A DNA stretch of 31,954 bases from contig JBGQGY010000030.1 of assembly GCA_041497675.1 (NCBI GenBank), positions 1 to 31,954 on the forward strand, written 5' to 3'. Of this stretch, positions 8,426 to 18,723 are shown piece by piece (the stretch's first letter is position 1; every line of letters begins with the position of its first letter). The DNA comes from a bacterium (GTDB taxonomy: Bacteria > Sysuimicrobiota > Sysuimicrobiia > Sysuimicrobiales > Humicultoraceae). Position numbers and translations under genes: made by a program. The notes under the pieces were generated by a model that was given only the letters and a program-made list of their open reading frames with translations, did not search any database and was not told the origin of the DNA.

Positions 8426-8782
8426 CTACCTGCCTGTCTTCGTCCTTGCGCCCGCGCGGGTCTTGCCGGCGGGGAGAGATGCCACGAACCCTTTTGCTTC
8501 CGCCGCCAGCCGTACCCACCGAGCCGCAAGGTCTGGCGCGAATGCGATCCACTCCCTCATCAGCCGGCCATGGCCGGGGTCGAAGTACTTCCCGTCGCCA
8601 GACGCCACCAGCGCCGACGCCCGTCCCGCGGGAAGTTTCACTACGAGTTGTCCTTTGTAGAGCATCATGAAGTACTTGTCGCCGACCTTCAGGCCGAGCG
8701 CGCCAAACATCTTCGCCTCGCCGACTCTTGGGTCGCGCCGCAGCGTGGCCATTACCCGGCCAAAAGCCTTCTCAGGATCCAT
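8426..8782 (-). CDS. TfoX N-terminal / YjbR-like small protein
   Basis: 118 aa; 'KMFGALGLKVGDKYF...LVVKLP...FDPGHGRLMREWI...W..LA.EA..FV' pattern; GAGGTGG RBS. Confidence 0.7.
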   Translation of the reverse strand: MDPEKAFGRVMATLRRDPRVGEAKMFGALGLKVGDKYFMMLYKGQLVVKLPAGRASALVASGDGKYFDPGHGRLMREWIAFAPDLAARWVRLAAEAKGFVASLPAGKTRAGARTKTGR

Positions 8783-9377
8783 CTCGCCACCTCGCAGTCC
8801 TCGGTTTTAGATATTCGGCGAGCCGATCGTACCAGATCACCTGATCTTTCGGCGTGAAGTGGGCGTTCGCCGGGCTGGGATTGGGCACGACGAACAGCCG
8901 CGTCGGCCCGATCCGCAGCGGCTGCGGGCCGAGCGTCCAATCGGTCCGCGCGTCGTTCAGCGCGTACCGGGCAAACGCGCGGAACGCCGTGAGGCCGTGG
9001 AAGCAGGCCACCCCCGGCCGGTATCTGCGCAGGCGCCCCAGCAGACGCGGCGCCCATCGCTCGAAGTCGGCGGGGCGCAACTCGGAGGCATTCCGGCTGG
9101 GTCGCTTGACCACGTCGGTAAACCCGATCCCATATGTTGTTAACTCGGCATCGTCTTCCGGCCCCAGCGTGTCCCGGCCAACCGCTCTGCGGACCGGGGC
9201 ACTCAGCACCGACCGCGAGAACGCCGGCCAGAACCGGCTGGTCTTTCGCGCGAAGTAGTGCCGCTGGCGGACCGAATACACACCGGGGTTGATCCCCACG
9301 AAAACCAGCGCGAGCCGTGGGCGCAGATAGTCGGGCAGCGTTGCAGAGCGGTGGTGCTCCACGGGCCCGGCGGTCAC
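8772..9377 (-). CDS. mug: G/U mismatch-specific DNA glycosylase (UDG family 2)
   Basis: 'LPDYLRP.L..VFVGINPG' (catalytic Asn), 'GIGFTDVVKRPS', 'PNPSPAN'. Confidence 0.9.
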   Translation of the reverse strand: MTAGPVEHHRSATLPDYLRPRLALVFVGINPGVYSVRQRHYFARKTSRFWPAFSRSVLSAPVRRAVGRDTLGPEDDAELTTYGIGFTDVVKRPSRNASELRPADFERWAPRLLGRLRRYRPGVACFHGLTAFRAFARYALNDARTDWTLGPQPLRIGPTRLFVVPNPSPANAHFTPKDQVIWYDRLAEYLKPRTARWRDGS

Positions 9378-9985
9378 GGATCGCCGGCGGCCGCCTTCCG
9401 GATGTCGCCTCCCTCATCGCGGGCGATCGCGGCAAGCGTCCGCCCCGACACCACGGATCGTGGCTTTGCGATCGTGATATCTTCGGCCAAAGCGTACGCG
9501 TCGCGATGTTTGATCAGCAGCCACGACGGCCGCCCCGATCCGGGCGGGAACCCGCGTGTGCGCACGAGGACCCAGGAACCCTTGAGTTTCTTCCCCTTCA
9601 GGGTGAACTTGAAATCGCCCTTCCGAAGGCTGGCGTCGACGTCTGGGGCTTCAGGGATCCACGTGCCCAGGTCCCACACCATCACCGTGCCTCCGCCGTA
9701 CTCCCCTTCGGGGATGACGCCCTCAAATTTCGCGTACTCGACCGGGTGGTCCTCGACCGGTGCCGCCAGACGCTTCACCGACGGATCGAGCGACGGTCCC
9801 TTGGGGATCGCCCATGACAACAGTACGCCTTTCCACTCCAACCGGAAGTCGTAGTGGAGATTCCGCGCCTGGTGCTTCTGTACAGCGTAGATGAGCGCCG
9901 GGGTTTTGGGGCGCTTGACGCGCTCACCAGACGGCTCGGTCGTCACGCGAAAGTCGCGCTTTCTCCGGTATGTCTTTAGCGTCAT
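9374..9985 (-). CDS. Stand-alone LigD 3'-phosphoesterase (PE) domain protein
   Basis: 'LKTYRRKRDF..T.EP', 'VQKHQARNLHYDFRLE', 'SWAIPKGPSLDP..KRLA..VEDHP.EY..FEG.IP.GEYGGG.V..WD.G'. At 203 aa it has no ligase or polymerase domain. GAGGGGGG RBS. Confidence 0.93.
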   Translation of the reverse strand: MTLKTYRRKRDFRVTTEPSGERVKRPKTPALIYAVQKHQARNLHYDFRLEWKGVLLSWAIPKGPSLDPSVKRLAAPVEDHPVEYAKFEGVIPEGEYGGGTVMVWDLGTWIPEAPDVDASLRKGDFKFTLKGKKLKGSWVLVRTRGFPPGSGRPSWLLIKHRDAYALAEDITIAKPRSVVSGRTLAAIARDEGGDIRKAAAGDP

Positions 9986-10018
9986 GTGTCCCCCCTCGGT
10001 GGTCGAGCCGCAGCCAAG

Positions 10019-11185
10019 CTACCCTACCATCGGACCAAACAGCAGCCCCAGCCCGTAGGTGATCAGCGCCTCTCCCAGGCCGACGATCGTCATCTCACCA
10101 CCGCTGCGCCACGGGCTCAGCCCCGTCACGACCGTCTTGGCGACGCCGATCAGAAAGTGCGCCAGCGTGCTGATTGCGAATGATGCCACGATCGCCGCCA
10201 TCCCGTGCGCGAAGAAGAACGGAATGATCGGGATGAACGCGCCGCACGCGGTGGACACCGTCGCAGAGATGGCGGCAGTCAACGGATTTGGAAACGACTG
10301 CTCGGAGAGCCCCAACTCCTCACTCGCCAGCGTCCGCACGGCGTGATCGGGCCGGGCGATCAGGTGGGCCGCCAGCGCGCGCGCTTCGGTCTCGGGGACG
10401 CCCTTGAGTTGATAGAAGAGGGCGAGTTCCTGTTCCTCTTCCTCTGGATTCTGCTCGACTTCGCGCCGCTCACGGGCGATCTCAGCTTCCTGGACCTCAC
10501 GATCAGTTTTCGTTGCCAGATACGCCCCCGACCCCATCGAGAGTGCCGAGGCCAGCATGCCCGCCAGCCCCGCGATGAGCACCGCCGGGCCGCCGGCCGT
10601 CGCGCCGGCCACGCCCGAGACGATCCCAAAGACTGCCCCGAGGCCATCGTTCGCCCCGTAGATCGCCTGACCGATCCACCCGCCGCCCCGTCTGTGCCAC
10701 CGCTCGCGCCTCAGGATGACATCGAGCAGGCCCCGGGGATCGGTCGCCGTGGGAGCCGATGCGGTGGCCTCGCCCGCCAGACGCGCGTGACCCTCCTCGT
10801 CGCGCCGCACGGCGGTGATGGTCTCTCGGTCGGCGGCGGTCGGCGCGATCTGCGCGAGCGCCGCGTAGGCAGCGGTGTCATCTTCCTCGGCGTCTTCGAC
10901 GCGTTTGAGGGCGTTGTCGGTCCCGCTCCGCACGAGCATCCACCGCCATACCCGGTCGCGCAGGGTGTCGTGGTCGGGCGGGAGCGACGCGCCCAACTCA
11001 TGGAGGCGGCCGGCCCAGCGCTCCGCGTGGCCCTCCTCCACCTCGGCCAGCGTGTTGAGCACGCCGCGCCGTGCGTCGCTGGGCTCCCCTTCTGCCAGCG
11101 CACGATAGAGGCGGGCGGTGGCCCGCTCGCGCCGCCATGCCTGCTGCAAACCGCTGACGAACTGCTCGGGGCCATTCGACGGCAT
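10019..11185 (-). CDS. Ferritin/rubrerythrin-like + VIT1/CCC1 membrane fusion (MbfA-like Fe/Mn exporter)
   Basis: N-terminal ExxH motifs (EEGHAERW, DEEGHA). C-terminal VIT1 signature 'AIYGANDGL...G..GA...AG..ASALSMG.G.YLA' plus TM helices. AGGAGG RBS. Confidence 0.9.
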   Translation of the reverse strand: MPSNGPEQFVSGLQQAWRRERATARLYRALAEGEPSDARRGVLNTLAEVEEGHAERWAGRLHELGASLPPDHDTLRDRVWRWMLVRSGTDNALKRVEDAEEDDTAAYAALAQIAPTAADRETITAVRRDEEGHARLAGEATASAPTATDPRGLLDVILRRERWHRRGGGWIGQAIYGANDGLGAVFGIVSGVAGATAGGPAVLIAGLAGMLASALSMGSGAYLATKTDREVQEAEIARERREVEQNPEEEEQELALFYQLKGVPETEARALAAHLIARPDHAVRTLASEELGLSEQSFPNPLTAAISATVSTACGAFIPIIPFFFAHGMAAIVASFAISTLAHFLIGVAKTVVTGLSPWRSGGEMTIVGLGEALITYGLGLLFGPMVG

Positions 11186-11248
11186 GCCGATTCCCTCCTG
11201 ACGGACCCTGAGGGAACCACCCCAGCGGACGTATAAGGTGCGGGAGTG

Positions 11249-12112
11249 CTAGCCCTTCAGGGCACCGGCGGTCAGCCCGGCGATGAAGCGATCGATAAAC
11301 AAATTGTAGACGATCGCAATCGGAACGCTGGTAAACAGGCAGGCGGCCATCAGCGAACCCCAGTAGAAGACGTCGCCCCGCACCAGCGCGACCGGCACAC
11401 CGAGGCTGACCGTCATCTTGTCCAGCGAGCTGATAAACGTCAGGGCATACACGAAGTCTTGCAGCACCTGCGTGAAGGCGAAGATCACCGCAGTCAGGAT
11501 ACCGGAGGTGGCCAGCGGGAGCACGATCTTCCCGATCACCGCGAGCCGGCTATACCCGTCGATCATGCCCTGGTCTTCGATATCCCGCGGGATCGACCGG
11601 AAGAACCCCATCATCAGCCATGTGCAAAACGGCACCGTAAATGTCGGGTAGACGAGGATGAGCGCCCACGGGCTATTCTGGATCCCAAGCATGGCAATGA
11701 CGCGCGAAAACGGGATGAACAGCAGCGTCGGCGGGATCAGATACGTCAGGAAGATGCCAATGCCGAGCCGCTCGCCCCACCGCCCGGTCAGCCGCGCCAG
11801 GCTGTAGCCGGCGGGCACCGCAAGCACGATCGTGATCACCACGACGGCGGCACCGATCAGCACGGTGTTGCGCACCCAGGTCAGATACAGGGTCTGCTGG
11901 AAGAGCAGGTTCACGTGCTCCATCGTCGGCCGCAGGTTGAAGATCCAGGGAACGTGGGTGAGATCGGTCCCCCGCACGTAGAGATCCTGATTCTGCTTGA
12001 ACGCCGTCAGGAACATCCAGTAGAACGGGAAGACCGCAAAGAGCGTGAACATCAGCGCGGTCACATACAGACCCGCGCGCTTCAGCATCCGTACCACCCG
12101 CCCGGGTTTCAT
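11249..12112 (-). CDS. Carbohydrate ABC transporter permease (MalG-like)
   Basis: Start ATG 12112 (MKPGRVV) overlaps the upstream stop (ATGA). 'FPFYWM..TAFK', 'AGYSLAR', EAA-loop variant 'FFRSIPRDIEDQGMIDG'. Confidence 0.92.
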   Translation of the reverse strand: MKPGRVVRMLKRAGLYVTALMFTLFAVFPFYWMFLTAFKQNQDLYVRGTDLTHVPWIFNLRPTMEHVNLLFQQTLYLTWVRNTVLIGAAVVVITIVLAVPAGYSLARLTGRWGERLGIGIFLTYLIPPTLLFIPFSRVIAMLGIQNSPWALILVYPTFTVPFCTWLMMGFFRSIPRDIEDQGMIDGYSRLAVIGKIVLPLATSGILTAVIFAFTQVLQDFVYALTFISSLDKMTVSLGVPVALVRGDVFYWGSLMAACLFTSVPIAIVYNLFIDRFIAGLTAGALKG

Positions 12113-13039
12113 ACCCCTACCTCCGTACGGCGCGCCGTCCGCAGCATCAGGACGGCCACGATGACCAGCACCGGCAGGAGGAAAAGCGCGACCGCCGCGC
12201 CCTGACCCAGGTCGGCGCCCAGGATGCCTCGCTGGAACGCCAGGCTCGCCAGCACGTGCGTGCTGTTGTACGGCCCACCCCGGGTCAACAAGTAGACCAC
12301 GCCGAGGTCCGTTGCCGTGAACACCACCCCGAAGAGCACCGCGACGGTGACGATGGGCAGCAGCAGCGGCAGGTTGACGTGGAAGAAACGACGGAAGAAA
12401 CTGGCGCCGTCGATGACGGCCGCTTCGCTGATCTCGTGAGGGATCGCCGACATCCCGGCCAGCGTGATGACCGTCGCGAAGGGGAACATCCGCCAGACGT
12501 GCACAACGATGATGGCCACGATCGCTAGCGTCGGATCGCCAAACCAGTAGTACCAGCCCTTCGCCAGGTGGAAGTACCGCAGGGTCCAGTTGATGACGCT
12601 GAACGTCGAGTCGAAGATCCACGTCCAGCCGATGGCGGCGAGCGAGACCGGCGCCGCCCACGGGAGGAGGATCAGGAACCGGACCAGCCGCTTCCCCGCG
12701 AACGCGGCGTCGAGCACCTGCGCCGCGGTCAGCGCAAGCACGATCACCAGGAACTGCGAGATCACAGCGAACCGCAACGTGTTCCACAGCGCCCGCTGGA
12801 ACTGCGGGTCCGGCAGGATGGTCAGGTAGTTCCGCCACCCGACCCAGGAAAACTCCAGGCTGCCCGCCGTCGCCGACGAGAAACTCAGCAACACGGCCAG
12901 CACGAAGGGAACGCCGACCAGCACGGTCACGTACAAAAGGGCCGGGGCCAGCATCAGCCGTCCGAGGAGATCCTCGCGATCGGCTAGGGTCCGGCGTCGC
13001 ATCGGCGTGACGGCCGGCGCCAAGCCTGGCGGCGCTTCG

Positions 13040-13053
<14 letters not shown>
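12109..13053 (-). CDS. Carbohydrate ABC transporter permease (MalF-like)
   Basis: 'WVGWRNY', 'LPWAAP', EAA loop 'IPHEISEAAVIDGAS', 'LTRGGP'. Confidence 0.93.
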
Positions 13054-14083
<1,030 letters not shown>

Positions 14084-14112
14084 GAAGCCGCCTCAGCACG
14101 CCAGACGGACAA

Positions 14113-14149
14113 GTCGGGGTGCGCCCCGTACCCGAAGGCACACCCCGAC
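14113..14149 (-). terminator. Stem-loop between the binding-protein and ATPase genes (mRNA stabiliser or partial terminator)
   Basis: Minus strand GTCGGGGTGTGCC-N11-GGCGCACCCCGAC, a 13-bp stem whose one non-Watson-Crick position is G-U only on this strand. No strong U-tract. Confidence 0.6.
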
Positions 14150-14166
14150 GCCTACCCTGACGTAGG

Positions 14167-15636
14167 TTACTTGTCCTTGCCTCCGCCCACCAGACCCGCC
14201 TTGCGCCACTTGTCGAAGATCGCCTTGACCCGGCGGTCGGCTTCCTCGACGGCCTGCTTGGGGGTCAGCTGTCCAGTCGCGGCCTTGGCGAACATGTCGG
14301 TGATGACGTAGGTGTCGTAGATCTCGCCCTCAGCCGGGTTGGCCGATCCGGGATGGCCGACGTTCGTGGACCACGGCTCCGAGTCGTAAAGGATCTTCAG
14401 CTTGTCCGGCGGCAGAGAGCCGAAAGGATCCCGGTAGACCGGCGACTTCATCCAGGCCCGGCCCGCGGCCGGTTTCTGCGCCACCGGGACGCTCTTGTCG
14501 GCCACGGCCCCCCAGCGTGATGGGAAGTTGTAGAGCCGGCTGGCCATGACTGCCTCGCGGGCGTTGTCCACCAGGTGGAGCAAGAACTCCTTGGCCAGAT
14601 CAGGGGCCTGGGCGAACCTCCACACGACCCAGACGCCCATGACGTGCGTGGCCACCTGCGCGGTCACGGGACCCTTCAGGGCAGGGGTGAAGAAGATGTC
14701 GCTGGCCACCGGCAGCCCCAGGGCCTGGGCCGAGCGGTAGGCAGAGATGGAGTTGAGAATGTAGGACGTCTCGCGTGCGTTCAAGGCCAGGTTGTTCGAG
14801 GCCGCGTTCCAGCTCAAGACGGCGGGCGTCATGACCTCTTTGAAGAGCCGGACGCCGTACTCAACCGCCTTGACCGTCTGCTCCGAGTTCAGGACGACGT
14901 TCTCGTCCTTGTCCTGGATCGACGCGCCGAACGACCACATCATAGCCCGGGTCGCCATGTTCGAGTCGATGTCCTGCGACATGCCGATGCCGATTGGGAT
15001 CTGGATGTTGGGGAACTTCTTCTTGATCTCGGCGCCGGCGGTGAGCAGGTCGTCCCAGGTTCTTGGGCCGTTGACGTAGCCGACGCTCGCCCACACGCTC
15101 TTGAGATAGTCACCCGGATCCGGCACCCAGTCGTCGGAGAACCCGAACCACTTGTTGGTCTTCGCATTGTACGTGCTCTTTCTGCACAGCGGGGCGATGG
15201 GGCCGTGCCGCTTTTCCGCTTCCTGGTTGATGTCGGCCAGGTCGAGCACCTGCTGTTCAAACTGGGATGGCGGCGAAATGAAGAAGTAGCAATCATGGCC
15301 CTGCTGCGCCGCCACCTCGGCCGTGGCCCGCGGCACGATATCGGCGAAGCTCACGTGATCTACAGTCACCTGCACGCCCTTGCTCTGACCCCACGCCCTC
15401 GCGAATGGGTCAAACCAGGCGTCGTACGCGGGCACGAAGTGGCTCCAGCTCATGATGCGCAACTGCCTGGGCTGGGCGTGCACGACAGACGGTCCGGTCA
15501 GGCGGGCAAACGCGGTGCTGGCCAAACCTGCCCCCGCGGCACCCGCGGCGGCCAGTTTCAGGAACTCGCGCCTGGAAACCCGCCGCCAGCGATTGTCGGA
15601 GACTCGTATCCATTTCCCGGGCTTCTCGTCGCTCAC
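14167..15636 (-). CDS. Carbohydrate ABC transporter substrate-binding protein with Tat signal peptide
   Basis: SRREFLK twin-arginine motif, hydrophobic stretch and VHA cleavage site; 'WSHFVPAYDAWF', 'P.TWDDL', 'WNAASNN'; first gene of the CUT1 operon. Confidence 0.92.
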   Translation of the reverse strand: MSDEKPGKWIRVSDNRWRRVSRREFLKLAAAGAAGAGLASTAFARLTGPSVVHAQPRQLRIMSWSHFVPAYDAWFDPFARAWGQSKGVQVTVDHVSFADIVPRATAEVAAQQGHDCYFFISPPSQFEQQVLDLADINQEAEKRHGPIAPLCRKSTYNAKTNKWFGFSDDWVPDPGDYLKSVWASVGYVNGPRTWDDLLTAGAEIKKKFPNIQIPIGIGMSQDIDSNMATRAMMWSFGASIQDKDENVVLNSEQTVKAVEYGVRLFKEVMTPAVLSWNAASNNLALNARETSYILNSISAYRSAQALGLPVASDIFFTPALKGPVTAQVATHVMGVWVVWRFAQAPDLAKEFLLHLVDNAREAVMASRLYNFPSRWGAVADKSVPVAQKPAAGRAWMKSPVYRDPFGSLPPDKLKILYDSEPWSTNVGHPGSANPAEGEIYDTYVITDMFAKAATGQLTPKQAVEEADRRVKAIFDKWRKAGLVGGGKDK

Positions 15637-15750
15637 TCCTCACGCACCTCCTCCGAGTTGGCAGACCGCTACCTGGATGATGCCATACCGCAATGACCCC
15701 GCCAACCCCTTCCATCAACGCCGCGACGTCTTCGGTGCGGCTGAGGGGCG

Positions 15751-16293
15751 CTACCGGGCGATGTCCCAGAGCTGATTTAGCCCCCCATGGCATCGATATG
15801 CCTGTAGGATCAGGCCATCGGTGCGCGCTGCGCTCGGCACGTCGATGCAGAAGGTTGAGTCGAATGCCCAGCGCAGCACCACGCGCTCCCCGACCGGTCC
15901 CTGGTGAGTGGCGCGCACGAGGTTGAAGCTTGCCTCCGGTGCCGTACACGAAGACTGAACCAGGCCCATTCTGGGCGTGGACGGGCCCTGGTATCCGGTC
16001 GGGACAATGCACAGGTACGAGTGCACATTGCTGATGCGCGTCAGTCCCGACCCCGGCAGAGGAAAGTCGAAGCGGAAGCGTTGATTCTGCCCACCGTGGC
16101 AGATGTACTGGGCCACCTCGGCGCCTGCGGCCGTCGAGCCGTTAGCGATGTCGATGCACTTTCCGGTCGTTACGTTGCGGATGATGTACTGCGCGGTGAC
16201 TTGGGCACCGGCGATGGCGACATTGGGCCGACCGAGTACAGAACCACCAAGGGTCGCGAGCGCGCAAAGCGCAAACAGAAATCGCGAGGCCAT
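15751..16293 (-). CDS. Secreted ricin-B (beta-trefoil, CBM13-like) lectin-domain protein
   Basis: Start ATG 16293 with AGGAGG RBS and a signal peptide. Three subdomains 'GKCIDI...QYICHGGQNQRF', 'LCI...QSSC' and 'FCIDV...YRCHGGLNQLW' give three Cys pairs and QxF/QxW motifs. Confidence 0.85.
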   Translation of the reverse strand: MASRFLFALCALATLGGSVLGRPNVAIAGAQVTAQYIIRNVTTGKCIDIANGSTAAGAEVAQYICHGGQNQRFRFDFPLPGSGLTRISNVHSYLCIVPTGYQGPSTPRMGLVQSSCTAPEASFNLVRATHQGPVGERVVLRWAFDSTFCIDVPSAARTDGLILQAYRCHGGLNQLWDIAR

Positions 16294-16396
16294 CACAGGG
16301 ATCCCTCCTGACGCTCGCTGCTTCTGGAGCGCAAATTCCGTCTCCTGCGGGCGGCCGAGGACCTGGGCCGCCTGTCCGCGAATCCACCGTGTCGGC

Positions 16397-17344
16397 GTGC
16401 GCATCATCGCTATTGAACTCCCCACCCCCTATCCCGTTGGTCCGGTCAATGCGTACCTGCTCCCGGGCCCGCCCGTCACGCTTGTCGACTGCGGGCCGAA
16501 GTCAAGCGAGGCGCAGGCGGCCCTCGAAGCGGGGTTGCGGACCGCAGGGATTGGTCTCGCGGACATCAGGCGGCTCATCATTACCCACGGCCATATCGAT
16601 CATTTCGGGTTGGCCGCGACGGTGGTGGCCGCCAGTGGCGCCGAAGTCTGCGCGCACCCCCTAGAAGTACCGAAGATGACCGCCGATCGCGCGTTCGTCG
16701 AGCCCCTGCGAGCGCTGATTACCGAGGCCGGCTTCGCCCCGGCCGTCGGGGAGACGGTCATTAACTCGTTTCGGAGTTTCCGCCGCCAGATCGATACGAT
16801 AACACCGACGCGGCTGGTCAACGACGGCGATCGGCTCGACCTCGACGGCGGTACCCTCGAGGTTCTGCACACACCCGGCCACGGGCAGGGTCACATCTGT
16901 CTGCGATGGGATGACGCGCTGATCGCGGGCGACCTGCTGCTCGAAGAGATCAGCCCTAACCCGGTGATCGAGTTTGACACCGAGGGCCGCCGGTTGCGCA
17001 TGCTTCCAGCCTATCTGCGGTCCCTGCGGCGCGTGGCGGCGCTGGCGCCGGCGATCGCCTACCCTGGGCATGGGGAGCCCATCACGACCCCCGTGGCCAG
17101 GGTGCACGAGATCCTCGACCATCACGAGGCGCGCAAAAATCGGCTGGCCGAGATGCTGGCCCGCCGGTCGTGGACGCTGCGCGAGCTCGCAGAGACCTGG
17201 TACCCCAATCTGGGTCCGTTTAATCTGTTCCTGGCGCTCTCGGAAGTCATCGGCCATTTGGATCTGCTGGAAGACGAAGGCCGGGTCGTCATCGAACGGC
17301 GAGACGACGTGCTGCGCTACGCGGTCGTCACGTCGCAGGCGTAG
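16397..17344 (+). CDS. Metallo-beta-lactamase-fold hydrolase with C-terminal winged-helix-like extension
   Basis: 'LPTPYPVGPVNAYL', 'LVDCG', THGHIDH, HTPGH, 'AGD', 'PGHG'. Start GTG 16397 inferred from the family N-terminus. Confidence 0.88.
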   Translation: MRIIAIELPTPYPVGPVNAYLLPGPPVTLVDCGPKSSEAQAALEAGLRTAGIGLADIRRLIITHGHIDHFGLAATVVAASGAEVCAHPLEVPKMTADRAFVEPLRALITEAGFAPAVGETVINSFRSFRRQIDTITPTRLVNDGDRLDLDGGTLEVLHTPGHGQGHICLRWDDALIAGDLLLEEISPNPVIEFDTEGRRLRMLPAYLRSLRRVAALAPAIAYPGHGEPITTPVARVHEILDHHEARKNRLAEMLARRSWTLRELAETWYPNLGPFNLFLALSEVIGHLDLLEDEGRVVIERRDDVLRYAVVTSQA

Positions 17345-17369
17345 CGCCGGGCCCGGCGAATTGGGCGCC

Positions 17370-18722
17370 ATGCGCCTGCAGGACGCGATCAGCCGCTACC
17401 ACGACTTGCTGACCGACGAGGTCGCCGCCGATTCTCAGGCGCAGCTCGATGATCAGCTACGCCGGCGGGGTCTCTTCTTCGGCGACCGCCCCATCTGCAC
17501 GGTCCTGCGGCCGCGGTTTCTCTCGCCCGATCAGTACGAGCGCATCCGCCGACGCATGACCGCGCTGCTCCGCGCCTTTGACCGTGCGCTGGAGACCGCG
17601 GTGGCCGATCCAGAGTTCCGCGGCCAGTTCGGGCTGACCGAGTGGGAAGAAGCGCTGGTTCGGCAGGACCCAGGGTTCCGGAGCGCGAGCCCGACCTCGC
17701 GGATCGATACGTTCTTCTTGCCCGACACGGATCAACTACTACTGACCGAGTACAACACCGAGACCCCCGCGGCCATCGCGTACAACGATGTCCTGACCGA
17801 GGTGTTCTACGGTCTGCCGATCATGCGCGAGTTCCTCCGCGCGTATCAGGTACGGCCCCTCCCGGGTCGCCACAACCTGACGCATGCCCTACTCGATGCG
17901 TACCGCCAGTGGTCGGGCCGCCGTGAGGCGCCCCGGATCGCCATCCTGGACTGGCGCGAGGTGCCGACGTACAGCGAATTCGTGTTGTTCAACGACTACT
18001 TTCTCTCGCAGGGGCTGCGGAGCGTCATCGCCGATCCCCGCGAGGTCGAGTATCGGGGCGGCCGTCTGTGGGCCGAAGGGGCGCCGGTCGATCTCATCTA
18101 CAAGCGCGTGCTGCTGAGCGAACTGGTCGACCGCGGGGGCATGGATCACCCGGTGATCCGCGCAGTTGGCGACCGGGCCGTGTGCATGGTGAACCCTTTC
18201 CGCTGCAAGATCCTGCACAAGAAGGCCAGCCTCGCGGTCTTGAGCGACGAGCGCAATGCCGGCCTCTTCAGCGCCCAAGAGCGCCAGGCGATCGACGCGC
18301 ACATCCCCTGGACGCGTCGCCTCGAGGAGCGGCGCACACAATACCAGGGCCGACCGGTGGATCTCATCCCGTTCACCGTCAAGGAACGCGAGCGGTTCGT
18401 CCTGAAGCCAGACGACGAATACGGAGGCAAAGGTGTGGTGCTGGGGTGGGACACGCCGGCCACCGACTGGGAGCGGGCGGTGGATGCGGCGCTCCGCGAA
18501 CGCGCGATCGTCCAAGAGCGTGTGCCGATTCCGCGTGAACCGTATCCCAGCCTCGTGGACGGCCACGTGCACATCATCGACCGCATGCTGGACACCAACC
18601 CCTATGTCTACTACGGCCACTGCGTGGACGGGTGTATGACGCGGCTGTCGACGGCGGCGCTGCTGAACGTCTCGGCCGGCGGCGGCTCGACACTGCCGAC
18701 GGTCATCATAGAGGAGCGCTGA
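17370..18722 (+). CDS. Circularly permuted ATP-grasp (glutathionylspermidine-synthase-like) amide ligase
   Basis: Start ATG 17370 (MRLQDAI). 'SRIDTF', 'EYNTETPA', 'DLIYKRV', 'NPFRCK..HKKA', '[16 protein letters not shown]', 'IVQERVP', 'NVSAGGG'. Confidence 0.85.
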   Translation: MRLQDAISRYHDLLTDEVAADSQAQLDDQLRRRGLFFGDRPICTVLRPRFLSPDQYERIRRRMTALLRAFDRALETAVADPEFRGQFGLTEWEEALVRQDPGFRSASPTSRIDTFFLPDTDQLLLTEYNTETPAAIAYNDVLTEVFYGLPIMREFLRAYQVRPLPGRHNLTHALLDAYRQWSGRREAPRIAILDWREVPTYSEFVLFNDYFLSQGLRSVIADPREVEYRGGRLWAEGAPVDLIYKRVLLSELVDRGGMDHPVIRAVGDRAVCMVNPFRCKILHKKASLAVLSDERNAGLFSAQERQAIDAHIPWTRRLEERRTQYQGRPVDLIPFTVKERERFVLKPDDEYGGKGVVLGWDTPATDWERAVDAALRERAIVQERVPIPREPYPSLVDGHVHIIDRMLDTNPYVYYGHCVDGCMTRLSTAALLNVSAGGGSTLPTVIIEER

Positions 18723-18723
18723 C

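Noticed and set aside
12113..12838. Apparent 529-aa permease (11249..12838)
   Set aside because: The extension overlaps the upstream permease out of frame; the true start is ATG 12112 with an ATGA overlap.
16103..17369. Long N-terminal extensions of the MBL (from 16103) and ATP-grasp (from 16974) ORFs, suggesting fusions or overlaps
   Set aside because: Open frames are expected in GC-rich DNA; family similarity begins at 16397 and 17370.
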